Origin: Bacteroidota bacterium
GTDB taxonomy: Bacteria; Bacteroidota; Bacteroidia; Cytophagales; UBA9547
Assembly: GCA_033763735.1 (NCBI GenBank)
Contig: JANRJY010000104.1
Coordinates: 7,738-71,737 of the forward strand
Direction: 5' to 3'
DNA length: 64,000 bases
Positions within the stretch are counted from its first letter, which is position 1, and every line of letters begins with the position of its first letter. Position numbers and translations under genes: made by a program. The notes under the pieces were generated by a model that did not search any database, was not told the origin of the DNA, and saw only the letters and a list, made by a program, of their open reading frames with translations. This document shows positions 57,301 through 64,000 of the stretch, in pieces.

Positions 57301-57518
57301 ACTAATATTTTGGCTGAATCAGTGATTTCAAGAATATATTTCCCGTCTAAGTCGGAAAGTGTTCCTTTGGTAGTACCTTTGATGATAACACTTACACCTG
57401 CCATTGGCTCCTTAGTTTTGGCATCGGTGATGATACCCGAAACTTTAAAAACATTATCTTGAGCTAAAGCAAGAAATTGACTAAAAATCAATAATATTAA
57501 AGTAAAGAATATTCGCAT
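54321..57518 (-). CDS. susC: SusC/RagA family TonB-dependent outer-membrane transporter
   Basis: The N-terminal carboxypeptidase-D-regulatory-like domain is VSGIITDAKTKEPMAGVSVIIKGTTKGTLSDLDGKY. Plug motifs are present (LIVVDGIPIDN, NPDDIASVTVLKGPSAAALYG). The barrel ends in ...LTLNATF. Confidence 0.9.
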   Translation of the reverse strand: MRIFFTLILLIFSQFLALAQDNVFKVSGIITDAKTKEPMAGVSVIIKGTTKGTLSDLDGKYILEITDSAKILVFQFLGYKTQEVTIGNSATYDIALAEEVKEMEEVLVTSIAIKREKREIGFSAQEIKSQEITDSKEGNLMNSLNSKVAGLQVNASSGSPGAASRMQLRGNASLNGNNQTLIVVDGIPIDNGGGDNTRTLESANRGIDINPDDIASVTVLKGPSAAALYGIRAANGAILITTKSGQSGKTVINFTSSVGMHEVNKLPELQTKYAGGNNGVFAPFDSRQGSPAESRSWGPSYDRLRYNGIPSKWDSRGDIIQSDDPSLAPVTPYNNMNKFFTRGWERNNYLSFSGGTESSNFFLSVGNFRQEGVIPKQVFERTSVKLSGSNQLYKWLKLTASATYTYSEASRLRKGGNWSSPVVSLFRSPNDYDISGGVADPVNTPSSYQFEDGTQKKNAVFDNPFFTVNNNVSTERVNRIIGFVQSDIEIRPWLKAIGRVGIDAFGRSTNENYSKFSAENHREQSYKGSFYESQEFNRNINTDFYLDAQRKLGKNFDYEIRIGNNYVLNNSEVLGLQSYDYLFANFNDFVATDQKSFEPSWSDYRRAIFAFFGDGKIGYKNYLFLNLTGRYEWASTLSQKYSPYFTPGAHLSFVYTDAFNLDKTNWFSFGKIRASVASSANIPKPYQTNTYFDQVGGLTNGFSNQNLFVSQTQSGNREIRPEQLVTYEFGTEAKFFKNRLGIDITYYNTRNYDQILNAQVPVSTGYTRALINDGYINSNGLEIMAYGTPIKKAVTWDVSVNFTSMRSVVNGMTYDYQRVGGVAGFTQGFSGAANGYQYGMIFGASRFKRYGQDPNDLTIREDLPIVVDSLGKPMIETPLGGKSFIIGNPYPDWFSGIRNTVSWKGLTFSLLWDIRRGGKVFNLTKLNMLAMGTHKETENRDQDIIVPNSVYANGTPNQTPIKYNRDYYGSLGGDFGNVPERGMEDASWVRLREMSLSYAIPEKLISKAYFKKLNITFATRNLFLFTKYSGVDPETNAAGNDPSFGRDAYNMPNTRSYHLTLNATF

Positions 57519-57688
57519 GAAATATGATTAACTGAATTAAAATTAAAACCGTAAAAGGCTAAAATTAAAAAAATTAAATTCAGTTATTGAAAATAGGTTG
57601 TAATCCTTGTAGTGATAAAGACTTAGAGGCTTTTAATGAAGATAGTGCAACTGAAAAAATAAATATTGCGGTAGCTATTATCATGAAA

Positions 57689-57720
57689 CAAACCTAAAAA
57701 CAAAAAATTGCATTTCCAAA
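57689..57720 (-). promoter_or_regulatory. Candidate Bacteroidetes sigma-A promoter for susC
   Basis: The minus strand reads TTTG (57720-57717), then 20 nt, then TAGGTTTG (57696-57689, fits TAnnTTTG). This implies a leader of about 165 nt. It is a single motif match in AT-rich DNA. Confidence 0.3.
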
Positions 57721-57945
57721 TTTTAGGTTCTTTTTTATTGAAGTATTTTCAAAAAAGTCATCAAATATTCGGAACAATGGTTCAAAATCAAGGGTTTAAA
57801 TATGAAATTATTATATATTTTTCATTTCAGATATTTAAAAAAAAATCAAAACAATTTGATTCTTTTTCGTTTAAAGTATTTAGAATTCAACATTTTTTTG
57901 ACATTTATGTTATTAAATTCGTAGATATTTATAAATCGAAACAAT

Positions 57946-60336
57946 TTGACAGCTACCAATTCAAAGAATAAGTCACTTAATACCAAACTGGCCACATTCA
58001 CTGTAGTGCCATTGATAATTTTTTCTGGTATTTTGATGATTTATATTCATATAAAATTCAAAGATTTGCTATTGCAAAATACCAAGGCTAAAATCCACTC
58101 CATTGTGTTTGAACAAAAATCTAAAATCCAAAAAGAAATAGAACTCACCCTTCAAAATGCAAGTAACATAGCTGAAGTATTTTACGCTTCACAACTTAAG
58201 CAATCGGCCGACAAACTAAACAGAACACAAGCTGAAAATATTTTAAAAAATTCCTTAGAAAATCATCCTCAATATTTGGGCATATACACTGCATGGGAGC
58301 CCAATGCATTTGATGGCCAGGATACATTATATGCCGGAAAAACCAACCAACACCCTAATGGCAGTTTTGTGCCCTATTTTTATAGAGACAGTCAAGGAAA
58401 AATTGGATATGAACCACTGAAGTATTATTTGACAGAAGGCAAAGGTGATTATTATTTGATTCCCAAAAAGAATAGGTCAAAAACAATAATAGAACCTATT
58501 AAATATAAAATTGGCGATCGTGAAACCTTCCTGCTTACGGCTGTAGCTCCTATTCAAACTACTGACAACTTTTACGGGGTAGTTGGCATTGATATCAGTA
58601 CCGAGCAAATTGAATCCAATATTAAAGCCCAAACCTATCTGGAAGGTAATGCACAGCTGTATTTGTACAGCGATTCGTACAAAACGATAGCTAAGTCAAC
58701 CAACGATAGCATTGTTGACAGTGTTCAATCCAAAAGAGTATTTAATTCAAAAGTATTATCTGAATTAAACAATCAAGAAGCCACCATTTTTGAAACAAAT
58801 GATTCCTATTTTTTTATCGATGCATTGAATTTTAATGAAACAAATGCAAAATGGTACTTGGTTATTGAAACGCCCAAATCATATATCAATAGCGTTTTGT
58901 ATTTTCAACTTTTTATGATGCTTATTTTTATATGCCTGGCAGTAGCAATTCTAATTTATATTCTCCTGAAAGCAATCAAATATTATATAGAACCCCTCAA
59001 AGTGGTGGTTCAGGCTGCCAATACTTTGGTTGAAGGAAACATGGAAATTTCTCTAAAGCAATCTGACGTAAAAGAAATTGACCAACTAAATCGATCATTT
59101 GATCAAGTAGTAACATCTATCAAACATATTACAGATGTATGTATTCAGATATCAAATGGAATATTTACCTCTAGAGCTGTTGAAAAAAACAATAATGACC
59201 AATTAGCCATTTCGGTTAATAAAATGATTGATGCTTTAAAGGCTGCCAAAGAAGATCAAGAATTCAGAGAATGGATGAACATTGGTTATTCCAAAGCATT
59301 GGAAATTATTCAAAATACCGATAGCATTCAAAATCTTTGTGATCAAATATTGCCTTATTTAATTAAATATATTAATGCCAATCAAGGCAAAATATACATT
59401 GCAAATAAGGATTCGGAATCGAATCAAACCATACTTAACTTAATAAGTACTTATGCTTATAACCGCAAAAAATTCGAAAAGGACAATAACATTTTGCCTG
59501 GAGAAGGTTTGGTGGGACAAGCTTACCTTGAAAAAGATATTATAATTTTAACAGAAATACCGGATAACTATACAAAAATAAAATCAGGACTAGGAGATGC
59601 AAATCCCAAATATATCATTATTGCACCCTTAATACACAATCAGGAGCCAATTGGAATTTTGGAGGTTGCTTCATTTGTAATATATTCAGATAAAGAAAAA
59701 GAACTTATTGAAAAATGTGTATTGGCTATTGGCTCCGCAATTGCTAATTTACAAACAAATGAAAAAACGAAATCTCTACTTGAAATAGCCCGTCAGCAAA
59801 CGGAACAAATGCAGTCGCAAGAAGAAGAAATGCGACAAAACATGGAAGAACTGCATGCCACTCAGGAAGAAATGCAACGCAAGCAAAGGGAATCTGAAGA
59901 AAATCAAAGGATTATGGAGTCGGTACTCAGCAATACCCCCGGAGCAGTATATCGTTCGTATACCGATGCCAATTGGACTATGGTATATATCAGCCCTAAA
60001 GTATTTGATATACTGGGATATACACCGACTGACTTTACTTCTCAAAGAGTAAATCTGGGTGAAATCACCCATCCTGATGATGTAATTAATGTGGAAGAAA
60101 AAGTACACACTGCAATAAAAGAACACGAACAATACGAACTTTTTTACCGACTTAAACACAAGCGAGGGCATTATGTACAAGTATGGGAAATAGGTCAGGC
60201 TGTGTACAAATCAAACGATAAAGCAGAATTCATTGAAGGACAAATAATTGATATAACCGTTTTAAAAAACAAAGAACAAGCACTTGAGAAAACCATAGAA
60301 AAGTTAAAAAATGAATTGAATAGCAAAAGCAATTAA
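57946..60336 (+). CDS. Membrane sensor: TM, Cache-like periplasmic domain, TM, HAMP, GAF, coiled coil and PAS, with no recognisable output domain
   Basis: TTG start upstream of TM1 (FTVVPLIIFSGILMIYIHI). The Cache-like part includes FYGVVGIDIS. TM2 is LFMMLIFICLAVAILIYILL. The HAMP is IEPLKVVVQAANTLVEGNM...IDQLNRSFDQV. The GAF includes GEGLVGQAYLEKDIIIL...PIGILEVASF. The coiled coil is QTEQMQSQEEEMRQNMEELHATQEEMQRKQ. The PAS includes PGAVYRSYTDANWTMVYISP. The ORF then stops. Confidence 0.75.
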   Translation: MTATNSKNKSLNTKLATFTVVPLIIFSGILMIYIHIKFKDLLLQNTKAKIHSIVFEQKSKIQKEIELTLQNASNIAEVFYASQLKQSADKLNRTQAENILKNSLENHPQYLGIYTAWEPNAFDGQDTLYAGKTNQHPNGSFVPYFYRDSQGKIGYEPLKYYLTEGKGDYYLIPKKNRSKTIIEPIKYKIGDRETFLLTAVAPIQTTDNFYGVVGIDISTEQIESNIKAQTYLEGNAQLYLYSDSYKTIAKSTNDSIVDSVQSKRVFNSKVLSELNNQEATIFETNDSYFFIDALNFNETNAKWYLVIETPKSYINSVLYFQLFMMLIFICLAVAILIYILLKAIKYYIEPLKVVVQAANTLVEGNMEISLKQSDVKEIDQLNRSFDQVVTSIKHITDVCIQISNGIFTSRAVEKNNNDQLAISVNKMIDALKAAKEDQEFREWMNIGYSKALEIIQNTDSIQNLCDQILPYLIKYINANQGKIYIANKDSESNQTILNLISTYAYNRKKFEKDNNILPGEGLVGQAYLEKDIIILTEIPDNYTKIKSGLGDANPKYIIIAPLIHNQEPIGILEVASFVIYSDKEKELIEKCVLAIGSAIANLQTNEKTKSLLEIARQQTEQMQSQEEEMRQNMEELHATQEEMQRKQRESEENQRIMESVLSNTPGAVYRSYTDANWTMVYISPKVFDILGYTPTDFTSQRVNLGEITHPDDVINVEEKVHTAIKEHEQYELFYRLKHKRGHYVQVWEIGQAVYKSNDKAEFIEGQIIDITVLKNKEQALEKTIEKLKNELNSKSN

Positions 60337-60452
60337 TTTTTTTGGAATCATTCGTTAATATTCTTTAACTTGCTTTTGAAACATTTACCGCATTTTTCAA
60401 GTAAATGTTATTAAGCGTTTTTTATGTAACCTTTTTTTAATTTTTTTTTAAA

Positions 60453-60851
60453 ATGAAATATGCTGAATTAGTAACACACAATTACCCAATTGTAATTATC
60501 AATCTGAATCCAATTGACCCTACAAGTCAGGAAATTGAGGATTTCTTCAATGAATTGGAAGTATTCATGGATAGTACCACGGGTCCTTATGTGTTTGTTT
60601 CTTACAACAAAGAATTTAAATATCTATCTTCTCAAGCGCGATTAGAAATTGGAACTCGGGCAAACAAGTTAAACAAAAAATATGCGGGCAGAAAACTTGC
60701 TGATATTGTGGTAATCAATGGCTTACTTTCAGGTTTGGTGCTTAAGTCGCTAACAGTTATATATAAACCATTGAAAGATGCGATTATATTTTCAACATTG
60801 GAAGAAGGAATTCAAAAAGCAAAAGAAATCCTGAGTAATCACAACTCATAA
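60453..60851 (+). CDS. Hypothetical protein (132 aa), possibly a SpoIIAA/STAS-like fold
   Basis: The ORF lies 116 nt downstream of the sensor on the same strand and has an alternating beta/alpha pattern. I recognised no confident motif. Confidence 0.4.
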   Translation: MKYAELVTHNYPIVIINLNPIDPTSQEIEDFFNELEVFMDSTTGPYVFVSYNKEFKYLSSQARLEIGTRANKLNKKYAGRKLADIVVINGLLSGLVLKSLTVIYKPLKDAIIFSTLEEGIQKAKEILSNHNS

Positions 60852-60865
60852 CTTGAAGATAATGC

Positions 60866-61810
60866 TCAAAACACCTCCCCTTCCTTTGCCAAAAAAGTTT
60901 CTTTAAATATTTCCCTGGCTTCGGTTTCAAATGCCGACAAATCTTTATATCGGGCCGAAAAATGACCTATCAAAAGCTTCTTTACACCTGCTTCTTTGGC
61001 AATATTTGCCGCTTGCTTAGTAGTGCTGTGGTACGTTTGCAATGCCCTACCTTGCAATTCGTCCAGAAAAGTGGTTTCATGAAACATCATCTCAACACCT
61101 TGTAAATGAGGAACTATCGAAGGGTCATAAATCGTATCTGTAACGTAAGCAAATGAAGCAGTTTTGTCAGGTGCAGTGGTATAATCTTCATTTTTATAAA
61201 GCAAATTGCCTCCTTCATCAAATACATCATTACCCAATTTTAACTGGTGCAAATGTGATACTTTGATTCCAACAGGGATTTTACCTTTGATAAGTTTTCG
61301 CGGACCTTCTTTTTCTTTAAAAATAAATCCGGTAGTAGGTAAGCGGTGTTGCAGGGGCAAAGTAGTTACAGAAAGTGTGTCATTATCAATTATTACCGTT
61401 TTAGTGTCCGGATTGGTTTCAGTCAAGTGTATTTGATAATCCAAGCTGGTATTTTGGTACTTTAACTGTAGCGAAAGTATTTCCTTCAAACCTGCAGGGC
61501 CATATAAATAAAGGTCTTTTTTGCGCCCCCAACTTTGTAAGGTTGATAATAAGCCAATGAGTCCCAGGTAATGATCGCCATGCAAGTGAGAAATAAAAAT
61601 ATGATTCAACCGTGCAAACTTTACTTCATACTTCAGCATTTGCATCTGTATACCTTCCCCACAATCCAACAAATACAATTGTTGGTTGTGTTCCAGCAGC
61701 ATAGAAGTTTGATATCTTCCCAAAAAAGGCGTTGCCGAACCGCAACCCAGCACAAGTATTTTGAAGCTCAAGTTTTGAAATTTGATGGTATATTTACAAA
61801 TTGTCCGCAA
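60866..61810 (-). CDS. rnz: Ribonuclease Z (metallo-beta-lactamase fold)
   Basis: KILVLGCGSATP, the HxHxDH motif FISHLHGDHYLGLIGLL, and the C-terminal LIGHFSARY. The track start at 61810 is TTG. A second in-frame TTG at 61771 (MSFKILVLGCG) fits the family N-terminus better. Confidence 0.85.
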   Translation of the reverse strand: MRTICKYTIKFQNLSFKILVLGCGSATPFLGRYQTSMLLEHNQQLYLLDCGEGIQMQMLKYEVKFARLNHIFISHLHGDHYLGLIGLLSTLQSWGRKKDLYLYGPAGLKEILSLQLKYQNTSLDYQIHLTETNPDTKTVIIDNDTLSVTTLPLQHRLPTTGFIFKEKEGPRKLIKGKIPVGIKVSHLHQLKLGNDVFDEGGNLLYKNEDYTTAPDKTASFAYVTDTIYDPSIVPHLQGVEMMFHETTFLDELQGRALQTYHSTTKQAANIAKEAGVKKLLIGHFSARYKDLSAFETEAREIFKETFLAKEGEVF

Positions 61811-61944
61811 ATTAACGATTAACCATTAATGCCGATTATTTAAGGGAATTTTATTGTTAAAACCTCCTCTGAAATCCTTCTCCAAAAAACAGAAAGAGAT
61901 TTTAGGATTCTTATATAAAAGGCTTTGAATTAAATATTGAGCTC

Positions 61945-63621
61945 ATGTACTTAAAAATCTTATTAATATCAATTGTACTTATTTCAAACTTATTGGCTCA
62001 GGTAAAGCCTAAGTCGGCCGAATGGGTGCCAAATGCCGTATTTTACGAAATATATCCTCAAACTTTTTATGATACTGATGCCGATGGCATAGGTGATTTG
62101 AAAGGAATTATTCAAAAACTGGACTATGTCAAAAGCCTGGGTGTGAATGCCATATGGCTCAATCCATTTTATGAATCTCCTTTCAGAGATGCCGGCTACG
62201 ATGTGTCGGATTACTATAAGGTGGCGGCACGATATGGCACCAACGATGATGCCAAAAAACTTTTTGAAGAAGCTCATAAACGAGGCCTCAGAGTGATTGT
62301 AGATTTTGTGCCCGGGCATACTTCCAAAGATCATCCTTGGTTCAAAGAATCGGCCAAACCCGAAAAAAACAAATATTCCAACTGGTACATATGGACTAAT
62401 TCCACCTGGAACAATGGGGGTAACGACAATGGCAGAGGCATTATTACCGGGTATTCGGAAAGAGACGGTGGCTACATGACCAACTTTTTCTGGCACCAAC
62501 CGGCACTTAATTTTGGCTATGGTGTTCCGGATACCATTCAAAAATGGCAACTACCGGTAAACCATCCGGATATATTGGCCCTTCGTGACGAAATGAAAAA
62601 AATCATGCGCCATTGGCTCGATATGGGTTGCGATGGCTTCCGTGTGGATATGGCTGGCTCTATTATCCGAAAAGACAAAAATGGCGAAGGATTCAAATTT
62701 TGGCAAGAAGTGCACGATATGCTTGCCAAAGATTATCCGCATGCTTTCACCGTATCGGAATGGTCGTACCCAAAGGATGCGATTAAAGCAGGTTTTACTG
62801 CCGACTTCTTGCATTGGATTCCGGAGTACGAAAACCTATTTCGCAAAGAACAATGGCGCAGCCTTAACAATGTATCGCCCAATGGCAAAAGCTTTTTTGA
62901 CAAAGATGGCAAAGGCGACATAAGTGCCTTTATCAAAGCTTGGCTCGATCAATACAATGCCACCAAAGCCAAAGGTTACATATCAGTCCCCGTTGGCAAC
63001 CACGACCTATCCAGAATCAATGTGAACCATACAGATAGCGAAATAGAAATGATATATGCATTTTCGTTTGCATTGCCGGGTATCCCATTTGTGTATTATG
63101 GCGATGAAATTGGTATGAAACAATTGTACAACCTCCCTGCCATTGAAGGCTGCTATCCACCTCGTGCAGGCGCACGCACACCCATGCAATGGGAAGGAGG
63201 TGTCAACAAAGGATTTTCTACCGGAGCATCCAATCAATTGTGGTTGGCTGTGGACACCAGTACCAAAGCACCCAATGTGTTGGAATCCGAAAAGTCAAGC
63301 AATTCGTTGCTCAACAAAATGCGTAAGCTGATTAACCTCCGCAGAACCGAAAAGGCTTTACTTGCCTATGCAGATGTAGAAATGCTGTATTGCGAAAAAG
63401 ACAAATACCCCTTTGTAATGGCCAGAACTTGTGAAGGTCAAAAACTGATTACCGCCTTCAACCCCTCAGCAACTGAATCTACCATTCAAGTCAACTATAA
63501 AAATGCAGGCAAAAAACCAATGATTTTGATTGAAACCGGCAAAAGTGTAATCAAAAATTCAGCTACCGGCTTTACGCTCACACTCAAAGGACAATCGTAC
63601 ATATATTTTAGGTTGGAGTAA
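61945..63621 (+). CDS. Secreted GH13 alpha-amylase-family enzyme (alpha-glucosidase/oligo-1,6-glucosidase-like)
   Basis: A signal peptide is present. The GH13 conserved regions are VDFVPGHTS (I), GCDGFRVDMA (II, nucleophile Asp), FTVSEW (III, acid/base Glu) and VGNHD (IV). N-terminus FYEIYPQTFYDTDADGIGDLKG. Confidence 0.9.
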   Translation: MYLKILLISIVLISNLLAQVKPKSAEWVPNAVFYEIYPQTFYDTDADGIGDLKGIIQKLDYVKSLGVNAIWLNPFYESPFRDAGYDVSDYYKVAARYGTNDDAKKLFEEAHKRGLRVIVDFVPGHTSKDHPWFKESAKPEKNKYSNWYIWTNSTWNNGGNDNGRGIITGYSERDGGYMTNFFWHQPALNFGYGVPDTIQKWQLPVNHPDILALRDEMKKIMRHWLDMGCDGFRVDMAGSIIRKDKNGEGFKFWQEVHDMLAKDYPHAFTVSEWSYPKDAIKAGFTADFLHWIPEYENLFRKEQWRSLNNVSPNGKSFFDKDGKGDISAFIKAWLDQYNATKAKGYISVPVGNHDLSRINVNHTDSEIEMIYAFSFALPGIPFVYYGDEIGMKQLYNLPAIEGCYPPRAGARTPMQWEGGVNKGFSTGASNQLWLAVDTSTKAPNVLESEKSSNSLLNKMRKLINLRRTEKALLAYADVEMLYCEKDKYPFVMARTCEGQKLITAFNPSATESTIQVNYKNAGKKPMILIETGKSVIKNSATGFTLTLKGQSYIYFRLE

Positions 63622-63698
63622 GGTTATATGCAGCTGACCTGTTGTGCGATTTAATTCTTTAAAAAAAGTCTAAATTGTTCTTAAAAGCCTCATCCACA

Positions 63699-63730
63699 GC
63701 CCCTTCATCAAAGAAAGGAAGGGGCTTTTG
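63699..63730 (+). terminator. Candidate rho-independent terminator after the GH13 gene
   Basis: Stem GCCCCTTC / GAAGGGGC (8 bp, 11-nt loop) followed by TTTTG. A second GC hairpin, TCCTCCC/GGGAGGA, lies at 63749-63767. Confidence 0.55.
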
Positions 63731-63873
63731 TAAAAACGAATGCAAAGGTCCTCCCTTTGGGGGAGGATTTAGGTGGGGCTTATAAAGATAATTCAATAAT
63801 ACCGGTATAAATGTACTATTCTAAACGAACAACGCGTACAGGTGTTTAAAACTCGTTAACTTATTTTGATTTT

Positions 63874-64000
63874 TTAATATTCATGGCTTGCCCGCGTGGT
63901 GCGAGGTACCAGGTTCACTTTGTTCACTTGCACTCGCACCACACGGTCGGGCAGAACTTCGTTCGCAATTTCTTGCTCAATTGTATTACAAGCGCTCCCT
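63874..64000 (-). CDS. Partial CDS (C-terminal 42 codons of a gene entering from the right edge), unknown product
   Basis: My own reverse-strand translation gives ...GSACNTIEQEIANEVLPDRVVRVQVNKVNLVPRTTRASHEY, with the stop at 63876-63874. The segment is clearly more GC-rich than its flanks. It is too short for the ORF track and I recognised no family. Confidence 0.3.
   Translation of the reverse strand, partial: GSACNTIEQEIANEVLPDRVVRVQVNKVNLVPRTTRASHEY

Noticed and set aside
57708-57971. 87-aa plus-strand ORF in the susC/sensor intergenic region
   Set aside because: The translation is AT-rich and Phe/Lys/Ile-dominated, starts at a non-ATG codon and overlaps the sensor start. Its apparent internal repeat is just the 15-bp DNA direct repeat. 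It is better explained as promoter DNA.
61990-62550. 186-aa minus-strand ORF, plus further ORFs at 62538-62936 and 63007-63237
   Set aside because: These lie entirely antisense to or overlapping the GH13 gene, which carries all four GH13 conserved regions in frame. The antisense translations are low-complexity with no motif, as expected for shadow ORFs.

Overview
AT-rich chromosomal segment from a Bacteroidota-type genome. This is inferred from a SusC/SusD pair, four proteins with C-terminal T9SS sorting domains, Bacteroidetes-style TAnnTTTG promoter boxes and leaders without Shine-Dalgarno sequences. I found no rRNA, tRNA, CRISPR array, transposase or integrase. Coding density is high, and several genes appear to use TTG or GTG starts. 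Main blocks, left to right: (1) an envelope cluster with a TPR/PD40/OmpA protein and a FecR-like plus 2x output-less CHASE2 operon; (2) a metzincin-type metalloprotease, LemA, a 1344-aa T9SS protein, an RCK K+ channel, a DUF4011-type SF1 helicase and a cytoplasmic PAS histidine kinase; (3) a 3126-aa T9SS protein carrying a GH30-like catalytic core and a long Big_2 array with tandem repeats, followed by a GH3 beta-glucosidase; (4) icd, a K+ channel and a LysR regulator; (5) the most interesting part, a 20-kb co-directional minus-strand string (37091-57518). It runs SusC, SusD, a giant T9SS surface protein, a T9SS-exported tandem S51 (cyanophycinase-like) protein, a signal-peptide cyanophycinase homolog, a YfcC-family permease, an IaaA-type isoaspartyl peptidase, a CtlX-like enzyme, arginine deiminase, P5C dehydrogenase, an embedded Phd/VapC module and ornithine aminotransferase. 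I interpret this as a candidate SusCD-type utilization locus for cyanophycin (beta-Asp-Arg polyamide) joined to a complete Arg-to-Glu route. A Cache-HAMP-GAF-PAS sensor with no output domain sits divergently next to it. (6) RNase Z and a secreted GH13 enzyme. All functional calls rest on motif recognition by eye in the supplied translations. No database search was possible.
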